A stretch of DNA of 64,000 nt from an uncultured Chloroflexia bacterium (GTDB lineage: Bacteria; Chloroflexota; Anaerolineae; CG2-30-64-16), in contig CAVZDU010000007.1 in assembly GCA_963774265.1 (NCBI GenBank), forward strand, positions 480,001-544,000. Reading direction: 5' to 3'. Within the stretch, counting starts at the first letter, position 1. Each line of letters starts with the position of its first letter. The translations under genes and the position numbers were made by a program. Below, piece after piece: positions 29,227 to 40,343 of this stretch. The notes below the pieces were generated by a model. The model made no database searches. It was not told where the DNA came from and saw only the letters and a list, made by a program, of their open reading frames with translations.

Positions 29227-30616
29227 CTACTGACCGCCCGGCACCAGTGCGAAGTTGACGACGCCAACCTGATTCGACGGCGGGTAAGGTATGACGCTGG
29301 CGCTGACCGGCAAGACGACATAGAAGTAGCTCGTCCCGGCCGTGCCGAGCGCGTCCGTATCAGGGTAACTCCCTTGGCTACCGGAATCCGGTGGCAAGGC
29401 CTCCCCGCGCTTCTCTGATCCCTCGTCACCGGGCGTGAAGTAGGGATCGCTGCTGCGCCAGACCTCGTAACGCGTCACGTCACTGCCCAGGTGTGTCCAC
29501 GTGAGAAGGGCGATACTGCCGACTCGGCTCACAGCCAGGTCGGACACCGCAGGGGGGACGCTTGCGTCAACCTGACCATCCGTGATCGTGAGGATTGGCA
29601 GCAGACTTGCGAAGGTAGTGGCGGCAGCCATCGCCGAGAAGTCTAGATTGAGCGGACTGGTTCCGGCTGCCTTCACGTCAAACGTGATGGTGAGTACGTT
29701 CAGGCTGCCCGTGGCGCCGCCTGCATTTGCTCCATTAAAGACGATGTGCCCGTCTGCTACATTACTGGTGTTGACGTTACCGGTGAAACCGACCCCGATC
29801 CCTGTGTTGCTGCTGTAGCTCAACACCGCAGGGTTCCAATCCAGGGTCCCGGTGAAACCCCCCAGTTTGTTATCGGGCGAATTGACGCCGGAAACATCGA
29901 TGTTGATGGTTACCTCAATCTGCTGCCCAATGATCGGGGACGCATTGGACGGCGTTGCCGACGACGTCGCGGTGCCGGTTGCTGCGGGGACCAGAGATGG
30001 TCCAGTCACGGCATCGACACCACTGCCATTACCTGGGAGAGGCAACGCCTCAGCGCGCCCCATCGCAGAGTGGGGCGCGTAGATCTCGGATGAGGTCACC
30101 GGTCCGTCGGGTGAGCCTCCTCCAGGGGCCAGAACTCTCCCGTCCAGCAGCGATATGCCCAGGGTTGATCTGGGAGTGAGCATCGGAGTGTCAGAGGTCC
30201 ATGTCCCTGACTGAGGGTCGTAGGTCTCCGCTGAGGACAGGTAGCCGCTGCTGTTGCTTCCCCAGCACTTGACCCCGCCCCCATCCGTCAACGCGCAGGT
30301 GTGGAAGCCTCCGGCCGCGATTTGGGTCGCTTGCACCAGCTCCGAAGCGCCTTCCGCGCTTGGCGCGCCGGCTTGCCGGGCGGAATCCCCAAGCGGCGGG
30401 GGACGGAGGCCTGCTAGGGCAGCAGATTCGTCGAACGTTCTCGATGGATATTACGGGGCCGGAGCGGAAGCTCTGAGTACTGGTATCCGACGCTACATCG
30501 CCGGGCATCACCGAAGCGGCGTCGGTGGACGGCGAAGGCGCGGCGAGCAGTGGCGTCAGGACGACGAACAATGCGGCTAGGGGAGCCAGCTGACGGGAGA
30601 GGGATCGCAAGAACAT
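29227..30616 (-). CDS. Secreted mosaic protein (RCC1 fragment, kelch, cohesin-like, C-terminal beta domain), frameshifted
   Basis: Signal peptide; IAAGGFHTCAL..GGVKCWG; SAETYDP.SGTW; LDWNPAVLSY cohesin-like; YEVWRS..PYF...SNQVG. Confidence 0.65.
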
Positions 30617-31270
30617 GGCGCACCTCCAAGAGCCCACGGCGTGAGGCGGCGCCTCACAGCAACGTGCCGCGGACAGACTGTGTCATCCCCCAACTCGGAT
30701 GACTTGGATCAAACAAGCACGACTGCAATCAAGGGTGATTGTACCGCAAGTTCAGTCAAGGCAGCAAGGTGACATCCACTTTGACGGACAGTCGGCTATC
30801 TAAATCACCACCCAGCCACGACTTCGCTAGGTGCCCAGATCAGCGGGCAGACCTTCTGGCACATCAACTTGTCGAGCAGAATTCTTGCCGCGAGCTATGG
30901 ACAAGAAGCGAGCAAGTCGAAAGTGAACCTGGGGAGGTGGGAGAATGTTTTGGGCTGCCCGCCGCAGCGAATACATTGGCCTGCACGGTGTCGGGGAGCT
31001 TGCCAGCCAGGGAGTATCTGAGAAGTCCTTTGCTCTTCCTTCGGCGCAAGTGTTACCCTGCGCACCGAGGTTATGCCAGAATAACAGGCCCGGCCATCTG
31101 AAATGTCAACGTACAAAATCCGAGGACAAGTGTTGCTGTCTGAGTCCGTGCTTTGCATCACCCCCATGGCCTACTCGTGAGTCGTGGCGTGAAACAACCC
31201 CTGTGGCGACAGTGGTACAACGGCCAAAGAGGTAACCGCGCCTTCCACCATTTCGCCTTGTCGACCAGTT

Positions 31271-31407
31271 GGCCAGGTTGAAGGCCAGGTGAACCGGCTT
31301 AAGTTGATCAAGCGTCAGATGTACGGTCGAGCCAACTTTGATCTGCTGCGCCACCGGGTGCTAGACCCTGGGTAGCACTCGCACTTCACGAAAAGTGCGG
31401 GAGAGCC
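31271..31407 (+). mobile_element. ISL3 family remnant (transposase C-terminus plus right inverted repeat)
   Basis: GQVEGQVNRLKLIKRQMYGRANFDLLRHRVL, then TTCACGAAAAGTGCGGGAGAGCC. Confidence 0.85.
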
Positions 31408-31572
31408 CATTTTAGCTGGCCTAACGCGGTGGCTTGCGGTTTCAGTTATTCGCGGCGTATAATTTCCGCACATCTGCACCGGTGCGCGTGGTGCTGCGTC
31501 GTGCTTATCTATGACGTTCCTCAGTTCCTGAGGCTTGCCCCCAGGAGAGCCACCCTCGATCCGGAGAATACG

Positions 31573-32084
31573 ATGGCAAAACGACTTGCGGTACTCGACA
31601 AGGAACGCTGCGTGGGCTGCCAGTCCTGCATGTTCGCCTGCGCCCGCCGGCTCGGGGTCGGCGGCCTGGCCGGGTCCAGCATCTGGGTGCGCTCGGCAGG
31701 CGGTGTTCGCAAGGGCTTCGTGGTGATCGTCTGCCGCGCCTGTCCCGACCCGCCCTGTGCCCGCGTCTGCCCCACGGATGCGCTGCCCGCTGCGGCCGGG
31801 CGGCGGCGTGCGCTTGAAGCCCGAGCTGTGCATCGGCTGCCACAACTGCGTCGAGGCCTGCCCCTTCGGCGCCGTCCTGTGGGATGCACGAGCAGAACAA
31901 GCCCGCAGATCTGCGTCTACTGCGGCTACTGCGTCCCGTACTGCCCTTACGATGTGCTGGCCATGGAGGAGATGCCTGCGGACAGGACCGCGGAATGGGT
32001 GACGGCACCGAGACGCGAAGGCGCGAAGTGCAGGGGAAGGAGGCGCCGGGCGCCTCAGAGGGAGGGACGCATGTTGCCCAATGA
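31573..32084 (+). CDS. Polyferredoxin small subunit (multiple 4Fe-4S), frameshifted
   Basis: CVGCQSCMFAC, CRACPDPPCARVCP, CIGCHNCVEACP, CVYCGYCVPYCP. Confidence 0.85.
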
Positions 32085-33830
32085 CCCGCTTGCGCGCGTG
32101 CTGTACATCGACCTCACCCGGCGCTCATTCTCGGTGAAGGAGCGACCCGAGCTGTTCGAGGCCGGGCTGGGCGGGGCAGGCGTGGGCATCCGGCTGCTGG
32201 AAGAAGAGTGCCCGCCGGGCACCGACCCGCTCGGTCCCGGCAACCCGATCATCCTGGCGGTCGGGCCGCTGGTCGGGCTGTATCCGCTGGCCTCCAAGAC
32301 GGTGGCCATGTTCAAGTCGCCGCACACCGGCAACCTGGGCGAGAGCCACGCCGGCGGGCGCAGCGCCGTCGCCATCCGCATGGCCGGCTACGGCGCCATC
32401 GTCATCCGCGGCGCCAGCGCCTCGCCCGGTCTACCTGGTCATCGACGGCGACCACGTCCACTTCCGCGACGCCAGCGCGCTGTGGGGCATGCACAGCGCC
32501 TACACGGTCGGCTCCGTGCTGCGCGAGCGCGAGAACGGCGCGGGCGTGCGCACCATCATGCGCATCGGCCGGGCCGGCGAGATGGGCGTCACCTACGCCG
32601 CGTCATCACCGAGACCTACCGCCACTTCGGCCGGCTGGGCCTGGGCGCGGTCTTCGGCAGCAAGCAGCTCAAGGCGCTGGTCATCGCGGGCGAGCGCTCG
32701 CTGCCCGTCGCCGACCGGCGGGCCTACCGGCAGCTCTACGACGAGCTCTTCAAGGCGGCCACCGAATCGCCGCTGATGAAGAAGTACCACGAGCTGGGCA
32801 CGGCCATGAACGTGCTGCCGCTGAACGCGATCGGCGCCCTGCCCACCCGCAACCTGCAGCAGGGACACTTCGAGGGCGCGGAGGCCATCTCCGGGGAGCG
32901 CCTGGCCGAAGCAGTACCTGGGCCGGCGCGTCGCCTGCGCCCACTGCCCGGTGGCCTGCATCCACCTGGCGGCCCTGCGCTACGCCTACCCCAAGGAGCC
33001 CTACTTCTACAAGACCTCCATGATCGGCTACGACCACGAGCCGATCTTCGCCATCGGCAGCCTGCTGGGCGGCGACGATGTCAACGGGCATGTTCCAGGT
33101 GATGGACGAGGCCGAGGTGCAGGGCCTGGACGTGATGAGCACGGGCGTGACGCTGGCCTGGGCCACCGAGGCCTTGCAGCGCGGGCTGATCTCGACGAAG
33201 GAGACCGACGGACTGGCGCTGGCTTGGGGCAATTACCCGGCCTATCTCGAGGCCGCCGGCCGCATCGTCAGCCAGCCCAACGACTTCTACCGGGCGCTGG
33301 CGCGCGGGCGCCGAACACGCGGCCTCCATCTACGGCGGCGCGGAGTTCGCCCTGACCTTCGGCGGCAACGAGATGCCCGGCTACCACACCGGGCCCGGGC
33401 TGCCACCTGGGCTATCTGACCGGCGCACGGCACAGCCATCTGGACAGCGCCGGCTACAGCCTGGACCAGAAAGCCGGCGCCAAGGGCGAGACGCTCACGC
33501 CCGACGGCGTGGCCACCGGGCTGCTGAAGGAGGAACGCTGGCGCCAGGTGCTGACCAGCCTGGTGATCTGCCTGTTCGCACGCGGGATGTATACCTCCTG
33601 AGACCGTGCTCAAGGCGCTGGCTACGGCCGGCTTCGAGTGGTCGGCCGAAGACCTCTCCCGGTTCGGCGCGGAGGTGCTGCATCGCAAGGACGCCTTCAA
33701 GCTGCGCGAGGGCTTCGACCCGGCGGCCCTGCGCATCCCGGGTCGCATCCTGGAGACCCCGACTCCCTTGGGCAAAATCGATGAGGAGTTCTTGCGGCGG
33801 TCCATTCAGGCCTACGCACAGGCGGTCTAG
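32071..33830 (+). CDS. Aldehyde:ferredoxin oxidoreductase family large subunit (GOR/XOR-like), frameshifted
   Basis: KSPHTGNLGESHAGG, HFGRLGLGAVFGSK.LKA, CAHCPVACIH, GLDVMSTG, GNEMPGYH. Confidence 0.88.
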
Positions 33831-33907
33831 CCACAGAGTCCTTTTTTCGTTACAATTGGCCATCGATCGAACGCATTCTTTGTGGGCACATCGGAGGAGG
33901 AACACAG

Positions 33908-36151
33908 ATGTCTAACACGCCGGTGACCGCAATTGGGGTTCTCACCAGCGGCGGCGATGCGCCAGGCATGAACGCCGCGCTGCGTGCGGTGGTGCGCACG
34001 GCTCTCAATCGTGGGGTCGCGGTCTACGCCATCTACGAGGGTTACCAGGGCATGGTGGATGGCGGCGACCGCATCCGCAACATGGCCTGGGACGACGTGA
34101 GCGGCATTATGCAGCGCGGCGGCACGGTGATCGGCACGGCCCGCTGCGCCGCGTTTCGCACCCGCGAGGGCCGGCTCACCGCGGCCAGGAACCTGCTGGA
34201 ACGGGGCATCGATCGCCTGGTGGTGATCGGCGGCGACGGGAGCCTGACCGGCGCCAACACGTTTCGCCAGGAATGGTCTTCGCTCCTCGCGGAGCTGGTG
34301 CGGACCGGCGCCGTGCCGGCCGAGCTCGCCGAGCGCCACGCCTATCTGAGCATCGCCGGCCTGGTCGGTTCGATCGACAACGACTTCTACGGCACCGACA
34401 TGACCATCGGCGCCGACACCGCGCTGCATCGCATCACCACCGCGCTCGATCAGATCAGCAGCACCGCGGTCAGCCATCGGCGCAGCTTCGTCGTCGAGGT
34501 CATGGGGCGCAATTGCGGCTACCTGGCCTTGATGAGCGGGCTGGCCGGCGGCGTAGACTACGCCTTTTTCCCGGAGCACCCGCCGAGCGTGGACGACTGG
34601 GAAACCCAGATGTGCGATCTGCTGAAGGCCGGCCGGGCTGCAGGCCGCCGCGACCTCACCGTGGTCGTTGCGGAGGGGGCGAGGGACAAAACCGGCAAGC
34701 CGATCACCGCCGAGTACGTGCGACAGGTGTTGGCCGACCGGCTGCACGAGGATGTCCGGTCAACGATCCTGGGTCATGTCCAGCGCGGCGGTGCGCCGAG
34801 CGCCTTTGACCGCTGGATGAGCACCCTGGTCGGCTACGCCGCGGTGGATGAGCTGCTGGCGGCCGGACCGGACAGTGAGCCGCAGATGATCGGCATGCGC
34901 TACAACCGCATCCGGCGACACCCACTGATGGAGTGCGTCCTCCAGACGCAGGAAGTGCCCAAGGCCATCGCTGCCCAGGACTATGAGCGCGCCATGGCGC
35001 TGCGGGGAAACAGCTTCAACGAGGCATTCCGGACGTTTCGCACCTTGAGCCGGGCCCTGCCGCATCCTCCGCAACCCGACCAGCACCGCTTGCGGCTGGC
35101 GATCCTCACCGCGGGCGCATCCGCGCCAGGCATGAACACGGCCGTTCACGCGGCGGCCCGACTGGCCATCGACCAGGGGCACGTCGTCCTGGGGGTGCAA
35201 AACGGCTTCCGGGGCCTGATCGAAGACGAGATCAAGGAATTCGACTGGATGAGCGTCCACGGCTGGGGCTCCATGGGGGGTTCGCAATTGGGGACCAGCC
35301 GCACCATCCCCACCGGACCCGAGATCGAGGCCGTCGCTGACACCGTGCGCAGGAACCATATCGACGGCCTGCTGGTCATCGGCGGCTGGTCAGCCTATGA
35401 GGCGGCCCACCGGTTGCACGGGGCACGCGACGAGTACGAGGCGCTCGGTATTCCCATCATCTGCATGCCGGCCGCGATCGACAATAACCTGCCCGGCTCC
35501 GAGATCAGCATCGGCGCGGATACGGCGCTCAACACCATCGTGGACATCGTGGATAAGATCAAGCAGACCGCAGTGGCCACGCGGCGCTGCTTCGTGGTCG
35601 AGGTGATGGGCCGGCAGTGCGGCTATCTCGCGCTCATGAGTGCAATCGCAACCGGTGCGGAGCGCGCGTATCTGCCCGAGGAAGGCATCACCCTGAACGA
35701 CCTTGTGCTCGACCTTGCTGCCATGAAGAAAAGGTTCCGGGGGGGTCAGCGCAAGACCGTCCTGATCCGGAACGAACAGGCCAACCCCCTCTACACGGCG
35801 AACTTCATGGCCGCGCTGTTCGAGGAGGAGGGCGGGGACTTGTTCGATGTGCGCCAGGCGAGCCTGGGCCACGTGCAGCAGGGCGGCGATCCCTCGCCGT
35901 TCGACCGAATCCAGGCGACCCGGCTGGCGGCGCGCTGCGTGACATTCCTGGTCGAAAACGCCAGCCAGGACGCGGCTGCTGCATCCGCCCGCGGCGTGGT
36001 CATCGGCCTGGAGAACGGCCACGTGACCATTCACGACCTGGATACCATTGCAGAGCAGGCCGACCTGGCGCACATGCGGCCCATCGAGCAGTGGTGGCTG
36101 GAGCTGCGGCCCATCGCACGGTTGATGGCTCACCTGGATGAGGCAGGCTGA
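33908..36151 (+). CDS. pfkA: ATP-dependent 6-phosphofructokinase, tandem-duplicated eukaryote-type
   Basis: 747 aa with two PFK halves; TSGGDAPGMN, GGDGSLTGA, GSIDND, EVMGR; C-terminal EQWWLELRPI. Confidence 0.93.
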   Translation: MSNTPVTAIGVLTSGGDAPGMNAALRAVVRTALNRGVAVYAIYEGYQGMVDGGDRIRNMAWDDVSGIMQRGGTVIGTARCAAFRTREGRLTAARNLLERGIDRLVVIGGDGSLTGANTFRQEWSSLLAELVRTGAVPAELAERHAYLSIAGLVGSIDNDFYGTDMTIGADTALHRITTALDQISSTAVSHRRSFVVEVMGRNCGYLALMSGLAGGVDYAFFPEHPPSVDDWETQMCDLLKAGRAAGRRDLTVVVAEGARDKTGKPITAEYVRQVLADRLHEDVRSTILGHVQRGGAPSAFDRWMSTLVGYAAVDELLAAGPDSEPQMIGMRYNRIRRHPLMECVLQTQEVPKAIAAQDYERAMALRGNSFNEAFRTFRTLSRALPHPPQPDQHRLRLAILTAGASAPGMNTAVHAAARLAIDQGHVVLGVQNGFRGLIEDEIKEFDWMSVHGWGSMGGSQLGTSRTIPTGPEIEAVADTVRRNHIDGLLVIGGWSAYEAAHRLHGARDEYEALGIPIICMPAAIDNNLPGSEISIGADTALNTIVDIVDKIKQTAVATRRCFVVEVMGRQCGYLALMSAIATGAERAYLPEEGITLNDLVLDLAAMKKRFRGGQRKTVLIRNEQANPLYTANFMAALFEEEGGDLFDVRQASLGHVQQGGDPSPFDRIQATRLAARCVTFLVENASQDAAAASARGVVIGLENGHVTIHDLDTIAEQADLAHMRPIEQWWLELRPIARLMAHLDEAG

Positions 36152-36344
36152 CGGCAGATAGCACGGAGCCCACGGGCCATGTAGTCCGTGGGCTCCGATC
36201 ATGCCCCCTGGTTAACCCGGCTGCACGCCTTATCCCTCAGAATAGCCATGGCCCCAGCCGCGCCACCACGACCAACGCCAACAACAGACCCGGAAACGCC
36301 AGCCAGATGTCGACGATGCGCGACCGGGTCGGGTTTCTGCGTGT

Positions 36345-36394
36345 TTGACAATGACCCTCGCTTTGCCGTATACTGTTAACTGTAAATTGTTTTC
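36345..36394 (+). promoter_or_regulatory. Promoter with 7-bp-phased GTNNAC array
   Basis: TTGACA-18-TATACT; GTATAC, GTTAAC, GTAAAT, GTTTTC at 7-bp period. Confidence 0.6.
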
Positions 36395-36406
36395 AGGAGA
36401 GACGCC

Positions 36407-37570
36407 TTGAGCGCAATGACGCCTCGTCAGCGTGTGGAGGTTGCCCTCAACCACTGCGAGCCGGATCGCGTTCCGCTGGATCTTGGGACCGGCGGCAGCA
36501 GTTCTCCCGTCCCTGAAGCCTACGCCAGGCTGGCCGCCTACTTCAAGGTCACCGCGCCGGCTCGCCCCGTAACCCACATGTTGCGGCTCTCGACCGTCGA
36601 TGAGACGATCTTGCGGGCGCTGGAGATCGACACGCGGCCGGTCTACATGCGTCCCACTCAACGTGGGATACGTCCGTGCAGCGAGCCGGATCATTTCTAC
36701 GATGACTGGGGCGTGAAATGGCGCGCGGTGGACACGGGACTCTCGATCTTCCGGGAGATCGTCGAGAGTCCGTTGGCGGATGCCACGATCGATGACCTGG
36801 ACGACTACCCCTGGTGGCCCGATCCCCTCGACCCCGCTCGTTACGCGGGTACGCGAGAAGATGCCCAACGACTATTTAACGAGACGGATTACGCGGTGAT
36901 CGGCTGCCCCGGCTTCAACGGCGTCTGGGAACGGGCCTGGTATCTGTGCGGGTTCGAGCGGATGCTGGGCAGCCTGGTTGTGGATCCCGAGTTCGTTCAC
37001 GCGGTGCTGCGACGCGTCACGGAGATCGGCAAGGCGGTCATGGCGCGCTACCTGGACCTGACCGGCTCCACCATCCAGATGATCAAGATGGGCGACGACC
37101 TGGGCGCACAGGGCGGACCGCTGATGTCGCCGAAGACCTACCGGGCAGTCGTCAAGCCCTATCACAGGGAGCTCTTTGACGTTATTCGCCGACGCACGAA
37201 GGCGCGCATCTTTCTGCACACTTGCGGCAGTGTGTACCGGCTGTTACCCGACCTGATCGATGCGGGCGTCGAGGTGCTGAATCCCGTGCAGGTGAGCGCG
37301 GCCGACATGGACACGCGGCGCCTGAAGGCCGAATTCGGCGACCGCCTGTCGTTCATGGGCGCCATCGATACCCAGCAGGTGCTGCCTTTCGGCACGCCGG
37401 ACCAGGTGAAGCAGGAGGTGGAGCGCCGCATCGCCGATCTCGCGCCGGGGGGCGGCTACATCCTGGCGCCGGTGCACAACGTGCAGGCCGATGTGCCGCC
37501 GGAAAACCTGGTCACCATGTATCGACATGCGCGCGTCGTGGGGACGTATCCGGTCCGGACATTCAACTAA
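36407..37570 (+). CDS. URO-D/MtaA-CmuA family protein
   Basis: EPDRVPLDLG, DDLG.Q, LHTCG, LNPVQ, GGGYILAPVHNVQ. Confidence 0.9.
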   Translation: MSAMTPRQRVEVALNHCEPDRVPLDLGTGGSSSPVPEAYARLAAYFKVTAPARPVTHMLRLSTVDETILRALEIDTRPVYMRPTQRGIRPCSEPDHFYDDWGVKWRAVDTGLSIFREIVESPLADATIDDLDDYPWWPDPLDPARYAGTREDAQRLFNETDYAVIGCPGFNGVWERAWYLCGFERMLGSLVVDPEFVHAVLRRVTEIGKAVMARYLDLTGSTIQMIKMGDDLGAQGGPLMSPKTYRAVVKPYHRELFDVIRRRTKARIFLHTCGSVYRLLPDLIDAGVEVLNPVQVSAADMDTRRLKAEFGDRLSFMGAIDTQQVLPFGTPDQVKQEVERRIADLAPGGGYILAPVHNVQADVPPENLVTMYRHARVVGTYPVRTFN

Positions 37571-37590
37571 ATAACCTTTGCGAGGTCATC

Positions 37591-38271
37591 ATGGCAAGAT
37601 TTACTCGGCTCGAAGTGCTCAACACCATCATCGACAGCGGCCTGGTGCCGGTCTTTTACAACGGCGATGTTGAGGTCACCAAGAAGGTCGCCTGGGCGAT
37701 CTCGACCGGCGGCTGCCGGCTGTTGGAGTTCACCAACCGCGGTGATTTCGCACCGGAGGTGTTCAAGGAGTTGTCCCGCTATTGCCAGCGGGAGCTGCCC
37801 AGCATGATCCTGGGCGTCGGTTCCGTGCTGGATGCGCCGACTGCGGCCCTCTACGTGGCCTACGGCGCCAATTTCGTGGTCGGCCCTTACACGAACGCGG
37901 AGGTCGCCCGTTTCTGCAACCGGCGCAAGATCTCCTACAGCCCCGGCTGCGGCAGCGCCACAGAGATCGGCGACGCGGAGGAGCTGGGGGTGGAGATCGT
38001 CAAGGTGTTCCCGGGTGATTCCGTCGGCGGTCCGGGTTTCGTCAAGGCCATGCTTGGCCCGTGTCCCTGGACGCGAATCATGCCGACCGGCGGGGTGCAG
38101 GCGACGCGGGAGGGGCTCACTTCCTGGTTTAAGGCCGGCGTGGCTGCGGTCGGCATCGGCGGTGACCTGATCAAAAAGGAGTACCTCGATACCGGCAATT
38201 ACGACGCGATGGCGGCCAGGACGGCAGAGATTCTGGCGTTGATTCGTGAGGTCCGGGGGAAGGCATCATAA
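37591..38271 (+). CDS. eda: KHG/KDPG aldolase
   Basis: LEFTNRG, GANFVV.P, VKVFPG, IMPTGGV. Confidence 0.88.
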   Translation: MARFTRLEVLNTIIDSGLVPVFYNGDVEVTKKVAWAISTGGCRLLEFTNRGDFAPEVFKELSRYCQRELPSMILGVGSVLDAPTAALYVAYGANFVVGPYTNAEVARFCNRRKISYSPGCGSATEIGDAEELGVEIVKVFPGDSVGGPGFVKAMLGPCPWTRIMPTGGVQATREGLTSWFKAGVAAVGIGGDLIKKEYLDTGNYDAMAARTAEILALIREVRGKAS

Positions 38272-38374
38272 GCACTCGCCGAAGAATACCGTCTTCTTAA
38301 TCACTGCCGTGCTCGACCTCCTGCCCCTTCGCATGCCAGGCTCCCTCAAAGGCAAGTGCCCGGCACGCCCCTAA

Positions 38375-40310
38375 CGTAAGTCTTGCGCAATCAGAGCCCG
38401 AATCGCTTGCGGGCTGACGATTTCATCATTTGCGGTGCTATCAAACATGGTTAACCTTCTCGCTGTGGAGGAGGCGCCATGGACCAGAGCACCAGCACTT
38501 TGACAACCGACGAGACGAATCCGACGCAGCATGCGATGGTCATCGTCTGGGGCCACTTTGCCCGGACGATTGGGCTGTTGGAGCGGCTGGCTCAGGTGCC
38601 GATTGCCCAGAAGGCGGTGATCCGTGCGCCGCACGAGAAGCTGGTCGAGTTGTTGCTTGGCCTGCTGACCGGCATCGAGTACCTGACCGATCTGAGCGAA
38701 GGGGCGGCGCCGCTGGCCCAGGACGCGGAGGTCGCGGCGGCTTGGCAGCTGCATCGCCTGGCGGATGCCAGTGGGGTCAGTCGTACGCTGTCGGCCTGCA
38801 ATGAACAGACGGTCGCAGTGCTCGAAAGCGTGTTGGATGCCATGGGCCAGCCGTTTCTGGACCGTGCCGTGAGCGACTTGCGGCAGCGCCAGGCGACGCT
38901 GGTGCTGGATGCGGATTTGACCGGCCGCCCGGTGAGTTCGACCAGCCAGACCTTTCCCGGCGCCGCCTTCGGCTACATGGATGGCGAAGTGCGCCTGGGC
39001 TACCAGTTGGCCGAGATTTGCCTGCACACCGCCCTGTTCGGGCGGCAGTGGCTGAGTGCGCAACACCATCCGGGGGACACGGTTTCCGCGCCGTGCCTGT
39101 TGGACTTGGTACAGGCGGCCGAACGCCGGCTGGGGTGCCATCCACGCCGACGGACCGAGTTGATCCAGCAGCGCATCCAAGCCTGCGACAGGCCATCCAG
39201 GCGGTGTTGCGCCAGACGACCGCCGCCAACAAGCGCGTGACCCATCTGACAGCACGGATCGCGCGTTTGAGCGAGCAGATTCAGGACGCTGAGGGCCACA
39301 TCCAAACGCTGCGGACCCAACCGGCATCGCGACGCCAAGCTGGCCCCTACAGCCAGCTCAATCGGCTGCATCAAGCAGCAGACGGGATGGCAGGCGCAAC
39401 GGGTGCGGGCCCAGGCGCAACTGACCCAGGCTGCGGCCGTCGCCGAACGCCAGCGGCAACGGCTGGTTGCGGAGGCGCAGACCTACCAGGCGGAGCGCCA
39501 GCGGCTGCAAGCCTGCTACGAACGCCTGTGTGCGGAAAACGCCCAGCAACCCAACGCGCCACGCTGCAAGATCCGCTTGGATGCTGGCTTTACCACGGGT
39601 GCGAACCTGACCGAGTTGATCGAACTGGGCTACGACATCGACACCAAGTCGGCCAATCCAGCCGTCGTGCAGGCGTTGCGCAACCGGGTCACGGCCGAGA
39701 CGTCCTGGACCGCCGTCGGCAAGAATGCGGAAATGGTCAGTTGGCCCGGTTACCAGATTCATGGCTGTCCCTACCCTCTGCGGGTCGGGCTGGAGCGCTT
39801 TCACACGCCGCAAGGCGTGTTGCATGCGGTGCTGATCCGCTACCAGGACGATCCACCCGCGTCCGATCTCGATCTGACGCAGTGGTTTCACGATTACAAC
39901 GGCCGCCAGACCATCGAGGCCGGCAACAAGGAGGAGAAAACGACCTTCAAAGTCCAACACCTGATGAGCCGCAGCCCGGCGGGCATCCGCATCCAGGCCT
40001 TGTTGACCGTCTTTGCCGCCAATTTCGTGCGCTGGGCTGACGAATGGATCCGGCCGCGGATCGAGCAGTCCACCCGCCGCTTTGACGGCGTCCTGAGCAG
40101 CCCTAAACGCCTGGTGCGCATCGCCGCCAACAGCCCGGCCAGTATCGAACGCACCGCTGACCGCGAACGGTCCGCTTCAGCCCATCTCAGCAGCTTCGAC
40201 GGCGTCGTGATTGCGCTGTCGGGCAGTGTCGGGCGGCAGTTGTCGCTCTTCGCAAATGATCATTTTTCAAGCGCCTAAGCGATTAGGCCTCTGGTTGCGC
40301 AAGACTTACG
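38375..40310. mobile_element. Complete insertion sequence (IS1380/IS4-superfamily-like), 1936 bp
   Basis: TIRs CGTAAGTCTTGCGCAA(T/C)CAGAG with 21/22 match; CTAA duplicated at 38371-38374 and 40311-40314. Confidence 0.92.
38479..40278 (+). CDS. DDE transposase, frameshifted
   Basis: LVLDADLT, IRLDAGF, YNGRQTIEAGNKEEK; lies inside the TIRs. Confidence 0.85.
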
Positions 40311-40343
40311 CTAATCCACAGCAATCTTTACAACCACTTTCCT

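Noticed and set aside
30640-31260. Small ORFs or structured RNA in the lower-GC gap before the ISL3 scar
   Set aside because: No recognisable protein motif, RBS or conserved structure; probably degraded DNA.
31429-33102. Natural fusion of ferredoxin and AOR subunits
   Set aside because: A strong RBS precedes ATG 32071 and the region is indel-rich, so the in-frame join is probably an artefact.
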